From a virus (lineage: Duplodnaviria > Caudoviricetes), in IMG/VR virus record IMGVR_UViG_3300033122_000343: a DNA stretch of 64,000 bases. One strand, given 5' to 3'. This document shows positions 49,636-58,139 of this stretch, piece after piece. The first letter of the stretch is position 1; each line of letters begins with the position of its first letter. The notes beneath the pieces are model-generated. The model searched no databases. It was not told the DNA's origin and saw nothing but the letters and a program-made list of their open reading frames with translations. The translations under genes and the position numbers were made by a program.

Positions 49636-49704
49636 AATAAAATAATGAACTAATTCAATAATAATTTGGATTGATTTATAAAACAATATCAAATGTGACA
49701 ATAT

Positions 49705-50136
49705 TTAATTTGTCTTTGATATTGTTGATTGAAATTGTATAAAGTTATTCTTCCAAGTTTGATGATGATTTGCATGACATTTTTTGCATACTATAATACA
49801 CTTCTTCATTTCTTCTTCTGTTGCTTTTTTACCTAAAAATCCAACCATGTCACCCACTCCAATTTTGACCATCCTTCTTCCTTGTTTTCCTAATTGGTTT
49901 TTGAGTCTTGCAAAATTTTTTGATGATGGTTCTACATGGTGATAATCAAATTCATCTATTCCTCCCTTGAAACCACACCATGCACATCCATCAATACAAT
50001 CTTGTGTTTTCTTTTCTCTGTACCATGCTCTAGTCCTATGTTTAGATTCTAATGCACGTTTCTTTGTTAATTCTTTGTTTCTTTCATACCATTGTTTTTT
50101 TGCTTCTGCTTGTTTGATTGGGTCTTTAAAAGGCAT
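49705..50136 (-). CDS. HNH endonuclease
   Basis: CAWCG..FDYHHV.P..K...EEMKKC..VCKKCH..HH. Confidence 0.8.
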   Translation of the reverse strand: MPFKDPIKQAEAKKQWYERNKELTKKRALESKHRTRAWYREKKTQDCIDGCAWCGFKGGIDEFDYHHVEPSSKNFARLKNQLGKQGRRMVKIGVGDMVGFLGKKATEEEMKKCIIVCKKCHANHHQTWKNNFIQFQSTISKTN

Positions 50137-50155
50137 AATTCTAATAATTTCAAAT

Positions 50156-50185
50156 ATTTTAGCATAGATTTGAACCAGATGTCAA
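50156..50185 (-). promoter_or_regulatory. Sigma70-type promoter with GGTTCAAATC box
   Basis: TTGACA-tctGGTTCAAATCtatgc-TAAAAT (18-nt spacer, extended -10). Confidence 0.75.
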
Positions 50186-50219
50186 TTTATACAAAAATGT
50201 ACAATACTATACCATTTTG

Positions 50220-50284
50220 CTCCTCTCAGAATCGCTTCTAAGGTGCCTGTAATTAAGTCTAGGTATGATAGTAACCCCCAAAAA
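50220..50284 (+). repeat. 65-bp dispersed repeat, copy A
   Basis: About 90% identical to the reverse complement of 53145-53209. Confidence 0.85.
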
Positions 50285-50286
50285 AC

Positions 50287-50314
50287 AAAAAAAAGAGTCG
50301 TTTTTCAACGACTC
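50287..50314 (-). terminator. Intrinsic terminator downstream of ncRNA
   Basis: GAGTCGTT-gaaa-AACGACTC followed by T8. Confidence 0.85.
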
Positions 50315-50350
50315 CCCCAAATTAGCAAAATGACTTATTTACTTATGAAA

Positions 50351-50505
50351 GGGCATTATGAAAAGAGTTTCTCACGCTCTTGTTGACTCTCCCTAACATC
50401 CTCGATGGGAACTCATGTCATCTTTGATTGAAATTGGCACGTTACAAGTAGAGTCATCGGTAACATTTCTTTCAAAGGAGCAGTAATAAGTGTAACACAT
50501 TACCC
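50351..50505 (-). ncRNA. manA RNA: manA-like structured RNA
   Basis: Closing stem GGGUAAUGUG/CAUAAUGCCC; segments UGUUACC..GACUCU..GUAAC.UGCCAA..AAGAUGACA..UUCCCAUCGAGGAU..GGG.GAGUC..AAGAGCGUGA..CUCUU match my recollection of the manA motif; own promoter and terminator. Confidence 0.75.
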
Positions 50506-50511
50506 ACAAGT

Positions 50512-50540
50512 AGTATAAGGTTTTTATTTTTATTTGTCAA
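50512..50540 (-). promoter_or_regulatory. Near-consensus sigma70 promoter for the ncRNA
   Basis: TTGACA-17nt-TATACT; predicted start about 50505 coincides with the 5' end of the stem. Confidence 0.85.
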
Positions 50541-51285
50541 CCCAATTATCGTAAACAAATGGAGCATGATCATAATGTTCTATGAAGTTGGAAACACCAG
50601 AAAAATGAACTAATTTAATTTTTTCATTTATATTACCATAGTAATCGATCATCTTATTATGACTATCACATTTCTGTTTCCATTGCTCCTCTAGTAAAAC
50701 ATTTGCTGCTGCACCAGATTTACCTTTATACATTCCATATCTTGCAAACCACTCTTTTGGTAAATAAGTAATGTCTTGTTTTAAATGATCTACTATGAAT
50801 AATTGTTCTCCATGAAGATAAGGAGATTTACCAGTTCTATGATAATAATGTTGCCAATATTCTGGATTTTTTAAAAATTCATCTCTTAAATATTTTGTTT
50901 CTCCTTGATAAAACATTTGAAATCCACCATTGATTTTATTACCTCCCCACCATTTGTCACATGCTCCAAAATTTCCTTTTGGTAAATCAAAATTTATAAT
51001 GTCATCTATATTACCAGTAACTACGACATCAATATCCATGATGAAACATTTCTCTCCTGTTAGGAATGGCATATTGTGAAAGTCGAATTTATACCAATGC
51101 TGTCTTATTTCATTTCTTTCAATTAATGGGATTATATGAATATTTTTATCTAATCCTTGGGAATTTTCTGTATAACAAAAAAACTCAAGAGGAACTGTTG
51201 AGTTTCTCTTGAGTCCTTTATAAAGTCTGTTTACATAATGGGGAGAATACTTATTCCCAACTTTAAGAGTTAGAACATTAAGCAT
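50530..51285 (-). CDS. Glycosyltransferase (GT-A, GT8-like)
   Basis: LKVGNKYSPHYVNRL, F.CYTE, W.K, FIMDIDVVV..NID, ING, GEQ.FI, KLVHFSG. Confidence 0.8.
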   Translation of the reverse strand: MLNVLTLKVGNKYSPHYVNRLYKGLKRNSTVPLEFFCYTENSQGLDKNIHIIPLIERNEIRQHWYKFDFHNMPFLTGEKCFIMDIDVVVTGNIDDIINFDLPKGNFGACDKWWGGNKINGGFQMFYQGETKYLRDEFLKNPEYWQHYYHRTGKSPYLHGEQLFIVDHLKQDITYLPKEWFARYGMYKGKSGAAANVLLEEQWKQKCDSHNKMIDYYGNINEKIKLVHFSGVSNFIEHYDHAPFVYDNWVDK

Positions 51286-51418
51286 TTAGAACGTAAACAT
51301 TTTTTGTGTTGGAGTACATGTTCTCAAAAACCTTGATTGCATGCTGAATAGAAATCGCTGTGATTTCTCTTTCAATCCTCCAACCTTCAACGATTCCTGA
51401 TACTGTGAAATTAGTCAT
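51278..51418 (-). CDS. Small hypothetical protein (46 aa)
   Basis: MTNFTVSGIVEGWRIEREITAISIQHAIKVFENMYSNTKNVYVLNA; RBS AAGGAG. Confidence 0.7.
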   Translation of the reverse strand: MTNFTVSGIVEGWRIEREITAISIQHAIKVFENMYSNTKNVYVLNA

Positions 51419-51432
51419 AATACTCCTTGTGT

Positions 51433-51515
51433 AATACGGTTGGTCTTACAGGGATTAATGGTAAACCAATTGTTGCCTAGTGGGATGCTAATAGCAAACA
51501 TCCACATGCCATACC
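51433..51515 (-). ncRNA. Candidate three-way-junction cis-regulatory RNA
   Basis: P1 GGUAUGG/CCGUAUU, P2 GUGGAUG../..CAUCCCAC, P3 UUGGUUUAC/GUAAGACCAA, directly before RBS. Confidence 0.45.
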
Positions 51516-51518
51516 TTT

Positions 51519-51758
51519 TTAGTTGTCGATTTCTACTAAACGATCAGATGATCTCATAGCATTGATGAATTTACCCATTGATTCCTTTTTGGCATATGTT
51601 TTTGCAACTCCTTGTGTTACATAATCATATGCTTCTTGATCTCTTGCTTTGAAATCATACTCCTGATCATTTGATGTAAACTTAATAGAGACAATGTTGT
51701 TCTCTTTAAATTTTACGTTTCTGATAGCAGATGAATTTGTGATTTTGTATTCTTTCAT
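51519..51758 (-). CDS. KTSC-like small protein
   Basis: SSAIRNV.F....V.IKF....EYDF....ESMGKFIN. Confidence 0.65.
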   Translation of the reverse strand: MKEYKITNSSAIRNVKFKENNIVSIKFTSNDQEYDFKARDQEAYDYVTQGVAKTYAKKESMGKFINAMRSSDRLVEIDN

Positions 51759-51783
51759 TTTTAATGAATGATTTAACTACCAC

Positions 51784-51812
51784 ATATTAACATGGATTTG
51801 AACTCCATGCAA
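51784..51812 (-). promoter_or_regulatory. Sigma70-type promoter with box variant
   Basis: TTGCAT-ggAGTTCAAATCcatgt-TAATAT (17 nt); flanks CATGGA/TCCATG are inverted. Confidence 0.75.
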
Positions 51813-51827
51813 CTATTTAAGGGAGAA

Positions 51828-52955
51828 TCAACTCTCCCCCTCCTGAGATTCCATTACTGCTGTTTCATCCAGTTTTGTATAAAGTTGCATGAATGACTCT
51901 TTGGTATCATCATCAAATCTGTTTATACAATACTGAATTGCTTTCATCTTATTACCAAAGATTTTGTATGCTTTGATAACATGAGTCAATCTTCTTGTAG
52001 AAATGATTTCATCAATTCCTCCTTCTTTGAATGTCTTTCTTACAATGTCAGACCAGTTACATAGATGGGTAATGAAATCTGTAATATCTCCAGTTAAAGG
52101 AATATTAATTGATTCACATATATTTGAAAGAATTTTAATCTCTGTTCTAACATGAGGATACTCTTGTTCAAATGTGATTGGGAATCTTTCTAAAAATGCT
52201 TCATTAAGAACGTTAGTTCCAATGAATCTACCATCGTCAGAACCTTTTCCTTTAGTATTAGCAGTAGCAATGATATTGAATCCTTCTTTAGGTTGGATGT
52301 ACTCTCCTATCTTTTTAAGGAATAAACCTTTACCTTCTAGTATTGGTTGAAGGCACATGATTTTGTTTGATGCTAGATCAATTTCATCAAGTAATAAGAT
52401 AGCACCTCTCTCAAGTGCTTCTATAACAGCACCATTGTGCCATACTGTTTCTCCATTGACTAATCTGAATCCACCGATAAGATCATCTTCATCCGTTTCT
52501 ACTGTGATGTTGACTCTTATTAATTCTCTACCTAATTGTGAACATGCCTGTTCTACGCCAAATGTTTTACCGTTACCAGATAAACCTGTAATGAATGTAG
52601 GATAAAATAATCTAGATGCAATAATCTTTTTAAGATTAGAGAAATCTCCGAAAGGAGTAAATGTTTCATCTTTCTCAGGTATAAGATTTTGCTTTGGTTT
52701 TTCTGTCACATGAACAGGTTTTTGTGGAACAACAACACTTGGAGTTTCTTGAATAATTTTTTCTAGTTTTGCTTTTTGATCTGTAATGCTCCAATGACCA
52801 CGTTTTACCTTGTACATGTTTAAGTACTTAGTAATTGTTTGATATGAAACTCCATGCTCATTACAGTATTCTTTTACCATGTCAGCATTAAGTTCAGTTC
52901 CATAATCTTGAACTAGTCTCTCTTTGTGTGGAGAAAAATCAATAGTGAAAGGCAT
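51828..52955 (-). CDS. cobS: CobS-like / MoxR-type AAA+ ATPase
   Basis: Walker A GLSGNGKT, RVNITVETDEDDLIGGFRL, Walker B LLLDEID, ATANTKGKGSDDGRF, NEAFLERF. Confidence 0.92.
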   Translation of the reverse strand: MPFTIDFSPHKERLVQDYGTELNADMVKEYCNEHGVSYQTITKYLNMYKVKRGHWSITDQKAKLEKIIQETPSVVVPQKPVHVTEKPKQNLIPEKDETFTPFGDFSNLKKIIASRLFYPTFITGLSGNGKTFGVEQACSQLGRELIRVNITVETDEDDLIGGFRLVNGETVWHNGAVIEALERGAILLLDEIDLASNKIMCLQPILEGKGLFLKKIGEYIQPKEGFNIIATANTKGKGSDDGRFIGTNVLNEAFLERFPITFEQEYPHVRTEIKILSNICESINIPLTGDITDFITHLCNWSDIVRKTFKEGGIDEIISTRRLTHVIKAYKIFGNKMKAIQYCINRFDDDTKESFMQLYTKLDETAVMESQEGES

Positions 52956-52998
52956 TTGCTTAATTAAATAACTGATCTTAGAATACTATCTTATTATC

Positions 52999-53145
52999 TT
53001 ATAAAGAACATCTTTTGTGACAGTTTTTGAACTGTTTTTTAAGTGCCTTAACTCTACGTCTAGCATTTCTCAACGCAACTGGTCGCAAAGATCTTTTTTG
53101 ATCTTTACGACTATGATGTTGCCAATTGGGTGTAATTCTACTCAT
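52999..53145 (-). CDS. Small basic protein (48 aa)
   Basis: Manual translation MSRITPNWQHHSRKDQKRSLRPVALRNARRRVKALKK... Confidence 0.7.
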   Translation of the reverse strand: MSRITPNWQHHSRKDQKRSLRPVALRNARRRVKALKKQFKNCHKRCSL

Positions 53146-53209
53146 TTTTGGGGGTTACATATATACCTAAACATAATTACAAGCACCTCAGAAGCGATTC
53201 TGAGAGGAG
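53145..53209 (-). repeat. 65-bp dispersed repeat, copy B (inverted relative to A)
   Basis: CTCCTCTCAGAATCGCTTCTGAGGTGCTTGTAATTATGTTTAGGTATATATGTAACCCCCAAAAA on the minus strand. Confidence 0.85.
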
Positions 53210-53213
53210 TAAA

Positions 53214-55499
53214 TTAGGCAATTTGATCCATTAATGCCTGTGCAACAACTTTATTGCATTTTTTACCATTAAACATCTTTTTAAATGATCTGGATATATC
53301 TGCTTTGTTTACATCATCTTTTCCTTCAAGTAATTCATTTAAATCATCAATACTATTTAATCTTCTTTGAGGTATTCCGATAAATGTTGACCATTGTTTT
53401 CCTTTGAATACTGCAACACCATTTTTCCTCATATCTTTTTTATATTTTTCATAATCAATTCCATCTCCATAGGTAGCATAAAAATTATATGAACCATGAC
53501 CATCAAGTATTCTAATTCCTATTATGTTCAATCCATCTATTTCATCCTTAATTGCTTGAACCACACTTGAAGTAAAACCACTGTAGTGATTATCTGATTT
53601 ATAAGTTTTACCAGTATTTTTATTTCTAATCATTGAATGATATGGTACTCCATTTTTCATTTCCCTTTTATCATCACTCATATAATCTTTTCCATATACA
53701 TCAAATGAAGGATAATTTGATTCTCCATCAGTAAGGACTATCATATGACATTTTTGTAAATTATATTCTTTGATGAATTTTTTAATTATATCTCTTGAAG
53801 TAACCAATGCTTCATTTAATGGTGTGCCTGATAAACAAAATCTATATGGTCTTGTTATGTATAATTCATTTCTACTTGAATATGATGTGCATACAGTAAA
53901 CATGTTCTCCATTGCTTTTTCAAAATCTATTGTTTTAGATTTAGATGTTAATATATTAACCATTCTAAAATTACCTTCAATAGTTAAATCATATTCCCTA
54001 AATTTTCCTTTAGTTAATCTTTCGCTTAAACATCTTCCTTCATTTTGATGATTACTAATGTACATTGTATCTCTCTCATTACCTATTAATTTTTCTCCCT
54101 CTCTAGGTAATGACCATGAATCTGAAGAAAAAGCATAAACATCAAATGGTATATTTGCTTTTTTACAAAACCATAGTAATGTTGCTAATTGTTTGAATGT
54201 ATCCTCTAATATATTTGCCATTGAACCTGACCAATCAAGAACAAATACTAATCCATGATTTTTACCATCAGGAATCGTTGTAATTTTCTTGAATATATCT
54301 TCATTGAATTTATATGAAAATAATTTAGATGTATCCAACACACCTGTTTTTGATACTGTTGCTCTTGAATAGGCATCTGCTGATTTCTTCATCTCAAATT
54401 CTTTAACCATATAATTTACTTGCTTGATGCTTGATTTTTTGAATCTAGCATATCGATTTTTTATTACAGAATAAACTTGTCTATCTCTTTCATCAAGAAC
54501 TGAATCCGATGAATCGTAAAAATCACACAAATATTTGTGAATATTATTAAAAGGTACGATAACTCTATCTAATTTTAATTCTGGCATATTAATTACTGTA
54601 GTTGGCATTGCTTCTTTATTATTAACTTCAGTACTTACATTTCTATCAAATGCTCTTTGGGTATCTGACACATCAAAATCACCTCCTCTTTCTCCTCCAA
54701 CAGGTTTTCCATCTTTAACATTATTATTATTTTCAGATTCCTTTGACTCTCCTTCATTTCCTGATGCCTTTAGACTTGACTCATTTTTGGAATCATCCTC
54801 AGAATTATCTGAATCCTTGTTTTCTGTCTCTCCATCTTTTAAATTATTATTATTTTCAGAGGTTTTTTTACTCTCTCCATCCTCTGAATCTAAACCCATA
54901 AATCCTTCTGTCACATCAAATTTAGTTATTTCAAAATCTATTTTTTCATCTTTAGCATAGTTCTGTAATTCTAATGCAAGATCTAATACTTCATCAAATG
55001 TATTTGCTTTTGATATTCTGGTTACTAAATCTGATTCAGTATCATTAAATTCAAGATCAATAAAAGTACCAACTTTAAAATACAGATTAATTCTGTCAAG
55101 TATTTTAAGTTTATCTGTATCAATATTTTTAAGTTCAAAAAAATCTTCACTATTTAATTCTCTGTATCCCATAAAAAAATCTCTATTCAAACCTGCATAT
55201 TTTTGCTTCATTAACTTTTCAATTCTGGCATCCTCTATTACGTTGACCATATCCATGGATAGATCTTTATATCTTTCTTCCTTAAACCAATCTCTTTTTG
55301 GAGTAAATATGGCATGACCAACTTCATGTGCTACTAGCAAATCATAAACAGAATTACTTGCTTTTTCCCACATGGGAAGAGTCAGCACTCTTGCATCAAC
55401 ATTGAAAGATGCTGTATCTACTTGCTTGTGTTCTACGATTAAGTTTTCTGTTGCTAGTAATCTTGCAACATTACCTTTTACTTCAAAATTGACAGTCAT
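53214..55499 (-). CDS. CobT-like metallopeptidase-motif/VWA protein, partner of the AAA+ ATPase
   Basis: HEVGH, NVIEDARIEK, acidic linker, MIDAS DWSGS, GTPL, LTDGE. Confidence 0.88.
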   Translation of the reverse strand: MTVNFEVKGNVARLLATENLIVEHKQVDTASFNVDARVLTLPMWEKASNSVYDLLVAHEVGHAIFTPKRDWFKEERYKDLSMDMVNVIEDARIEKLMKQKYAGLNRDFFMGYRELNSEDFFELKNIDTDKLKILDRINLYFKVGTFIDLEFNDTESDLVTRISKANTFDEVLDLALELQNYAKDEKIDFEITKFDVTEGFMGLDSEDGESKKTSENNNNLKDGETENKDSDNSEDDSKNESSLKASGNEGESKESENNNNVKDGKPVGGERGGDFDVSDTQRAFDRNVSTEVNNKEAMPTTVINMPELKLDRVIVPFNNIHKYLCDFYDSSDSVLDERDRQVYSVIKNRYARFKKSSIKQVNYMVKEFEMKKSADAYSRATVSKTGVLDTSKLFSYKFNEDIFKKITTIPDGKNHGLVFVLDWSGSMANILEDTFKQLATLLWFCKKANIPFDVYAFSSDSWSLPREGEKLIGNERDTMYISNHQNEGRCLSERLTKGKFREYDLTIEGNFRMVNILTSKSKTIDFEKAMENMFTVCTSYSSRNELYITRPYRFCLSGTPLNEALVTSRDIIKKFIKEYNLQKCHMIVLTDGESNYPSFDVYGKDYMSDDKREMKNGVPYHSMIRNKNTGKTYKSDNHYSGFTSSVVQAIKDEIDGLNIIGIRILDGHGSYNFYATYGDGIDYEKYKKDMRKNGVAVFKGKQWSTFIGIPQRRLNSIDDLNELLEGKDDVNKADISRSFKKMFNGKKCNKVVAQALMDQIA

Positions 55500-55578
55500 T
55501 AGAATAAATTTGAGTTATGATACCATGATCTCATAATATTATGATAAATCTATGCACCTATAACCAGTTTTTCAACTG

Positions 55579-56106
55579 TCACAAAATCGCATCAAATGAT
55601 TTTATAATCCATTCTGCTGTAATAGATTTTTTCTTTGGTTCTATGTTTTCAGCAATGATTTCATAATCTTCTGCATCAAGTTGAAATTTTGCACAAGGAG
55701 AAGAATCATTGAAAACAATTTTGTCTTTTAATTGATTCCATGATGATATACCAATTTTGTAATTAGTAGTATCAACTAACAACATATAGTCAAATGTCTG
55801 TTTGACTATTTTATTTTCTGATTGAAAATTTTTAAGAATAACAGATTTTGTTCTGCCATTTTTTTGGAACATATTCATAGTACCTTTCATTTCATATCGA
55901 AGATGATCTTCAGATAATGACTCGAAATCCATACCATCCTTATATGCTCCCACATACCTAAGTTGACCATCTGACCATTTTGCAAATGATAATTCTTGTA
56001 GTTGAGTTCTAAACGATCTCAACTGATTTGATTTCATTTCTTTTGTATCAGTTGCCTTCACACATCCAAAAAATTCACTCAGATTAAATCTCTGAATGTC
56101 TATCAT
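55579..56106 (-). CDS. Putative PD-(D/E)xK nuclease-fold protein
   Basis: E....GMDF.....YEMKG; FDYMLLVD; promoter TTGACA-17-TATATT at 56169-56197. Confidence 0.5.
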   Translation of the reverse strand: MIDIQRFNLSEFFGCVKATDTKEMKSNQLRSFRTQLQELSFAKWSDGQLRYVGAYKDGMDFESLSEDHLRYEMKGTMNMFQKNGRTKSVILKNFQSENKIVKQTFDYMLLVDTTNYKIGISSWNQLKDKIVFNDSSPCAKFQLDAEDYEIIAENIEPKKKSITAEWIIKSFDAIL

Positions 56107-56164
56107 TAAAGAGTAGATGAGTTTATCTCACATCCACATAATTATCACAACATCATAATATTAT

Positions 56165-56335
56165 TTACAATATAGTGAATTTTTGATTGGTTGTCAATAC
56201 CATTCTGACATTTCTCGATTTATCTTCAAATTCACGAATTAATATAGTAAAGTAATTTCCACTAATAAAATCAACGATGCCTTCATCACACATATAACGA
56301 ACTTTATCTCCTTTCTTAACTATAATTTGAGACAT
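56165..56335 (-). CDS. Small SH3-like hypothetical protein (56 aa)
   Basis: Manual translation MSQIIVKKGDKVRYMCDEGIVDFISGNYFTILIRE... Confidence 0.6.
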   Translation of the reverse strand: MSQIIVKKGDKVRYMCDEGIVDFISGNYFTILIREFEDKSRNVRMVLTTNQKFTIL

Positions 56336-56360
56336 ATATAAGAAGGCAGAATAAGAATTT

Positions 56361-57368
56361 ATGTTTGTATATTGGTCAAATTATCCTCTTTTTAATAAAA
56401 ACAGAACATACTATAGTGTAGGTATGGGTTGTAAATTATTAGGATTTTTATGTGAAATTAATAATAAATCTTACACTAAAGTATATCATCCTTATTTTTA
56501 CATTGTTAATAGACCAGACGAATCATCTCATAGTCTTGTAAAAAAAAGAAAGATTACGAGATATTTAGTTAAAAAGTCTGAAAGTGAGATAACATCTTTT
56601 ACTCAATACAAAACAGGTTTTAATAAAATAAATGATAATAATCCTAAAAAAAATTTTAACAAAATAGATTTAAAAGATAAAGATGTTTATGAAAAGATAT
56701 TTTCCAACAACCCTAAAAAATATAATTCATATGATAACTCTTTCATGTTTGACGAATCAAATAAGTTCAAAGAAGAATTAATTATAAACGAGTTGTTGTC
56801 TAACACCAAAAAGAATAAAATTCATTCTTTTAATAATCAACACGAACTTTATGATAGTCCTCCTCAATCATATAAAAAACATTATCCTGAATTGTTAGAA
56901 CCATATTTAAACGATGCAGCACCAGCAAATGAAAATATTTTAGATGCAATTAACACATACATTACAATACAACCCCATCATAATGACATAAAGCATTATC
57001 GTAATAAGATAAACATACTTCCAATAAAAGAAAATGTGCTGGATTTTTTATCAAGCGGTTTATCTTATGATCCAATTTTTGACAATACAACTGATACTAG
57101 AAAAATTTATGATTTTTTAGATAAAATGATGTTATTTGTAAAAAAAAGACGACAATTTCTTGAAGATAATAAAATAGATTATTACGAATTTAATTTAGAT
57201 AGAGATAATTATAAAGAAGTATTCAAATTAAAGTATGATTTTCCAAAAATTGATGGTAAAAATATAAGTCATCCATCTGTCTCTTATAGTTTAACGGATC
57301 AAACTAAAAAAAGCATACACGAAAATCACATAAAAATATGTAAAGAATATTTAAAAAATCAAAATTGA
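56361..57368 (+). CDS. Hypothetical protein, paralog of 58823-59917
   Basis: Shared FNLDRD.Y...F....FP...HP block; very AT-rich. Confidence 0.7.
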   Translation: MFVYWSNYPLFNKNRTYYSVGMGCKLLGFLCEINNKSYTKVYHPYFYIVNRPDESSHSLVKKRKITRYLVKKSESEITSFTQYKTGFNKINDNNPKKNFNKIDLKDKDVYEKIFSNNPKKYNSYDNSFMFDESNKFKEELIINELLSNTKKNKIHSFNNQHELYDSPPQSYKKHYPELLEPYLNDAAPANENILDAINTYITIQPHHNDIKHYRNKINILPIKENVLDFLSSGLSYDPIFDNTTDTRKIYDFLDKMMLFVKKRRQFLEDNKIDYYEFNLDRDNYKEVFKLKYDFPKIDGKNISHPSVSYSLTDQTKKSIHENHIKICKEYLKNQN

Positions 57369-57706
57369 CTGAAGAAATCGTAGTCATTCCAACCACGATC
57401 ATCAACATAATATTTTGCTCTAGGTTTACCAAAGAATAATTGATGGTATTCAACTCCCCATTCTTTTAATTGTTTTTCTGTGGCGGATCTCATCTCCTTA
57501 TCTGCTTTGACTTGATCATTATTATTTGATACCATCCCTCTTGATGTCATAAGATATATTGTTGCACCTTTTCTATAAAGACTATTGACTTCTGATATAC
57601 GGCGATTATTTGGTTTTGCATTTAAGCAATCACCTATTTTTTCCTCCCCTAGACAACCATCTATGTCGAAGCAATAAACTTCTTCTCTTTCATCAATGTC
57701 TGACAT
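57359..57706 (-). CDS. Minimal HAD phosphatase (capsule-biosynthesis type)
   Basis: FDIDG, TSRG, TEKQLKEWGV.YHQL.FGKP..YYVDDR. Confidence 0.85.
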   Translation of the reverse strand: MSDIDEREEVYCFDIDGCLGEEKIGDCLNAKPNNRRISEVNSLYRKGATIYLMTSRGMVSNNNDQVKADKEMRSATEKQLKEWGVEYHQLFFGKPRAKYYVDDRGWNDYDFFSQF

Positions 57707-58139
57707 GTGGTAATTTTGGTAACTCTACCCCAATATACTCCATCATTTTATAAAAAACCATCAATGTGTTCACTTCAAACTCATGATATGTTTCATAATC
57801 TAAGACGAGTGTTCTTAATAAACCATGTGATTTAGGAGCAATTAACATGGATATATCATTTACAGGTATTAATGACGTAGCAATAGGAGAATTTACACGA
57901 CAAGTGATACCTATTATTAGATCAGCATTTTGTTCTGCATACTCTATCCAATCAAATTTCCAATCTCCATCTCCACCCAACGCTGTTAATTCCACTGCAT
58001 TGGGTGCGAAAGTAAATTTACCAGTGTGTCTGTAAATATCTGACGCTGCATGTTGAGCAATCGCAAGATTGCCCCCATTGCCTATTATTGCAATTCTACC
58101 TGCATTGTTTAACAATTCAGATGCTGTTTTTAAGTTCAT
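57693..58139 (-). CDS. SIS-domain sugar-phosphate isomerase (GmhA-like)
   Basis: IIGNGGNLAIAQHAASD; LTAL; IGIT....S; YHEFE. Confidence 0.75.
   Translation of the reverse strand: MNLKTASELLNNAGRIAIIGNGGNLAIAQHAASDIYRHTGKFTFAPNAVELTALGGDGDWKFDWIEYAEQNADLIIGITCRVNSPIATSLIPVNDISMLIAPKSHGLLRTLVLDYETYHEFEVNTLMVFYKMMEYIGVELPKLPHVRH

Noticed and set aside
50393-50500. 35-codon ORF (MCYTYYC...) inside the ncRNA
   Set aside because: No RBS; the sequence is better explained by RNA structure.
51828-55499. cobS/cobT-like pair as cobalamin biosynthesis genes or a novel system
   Set aside because: MoxR-type AAA+/VWA pairs are common in T4-like cyanophages; no other cob genes are present.
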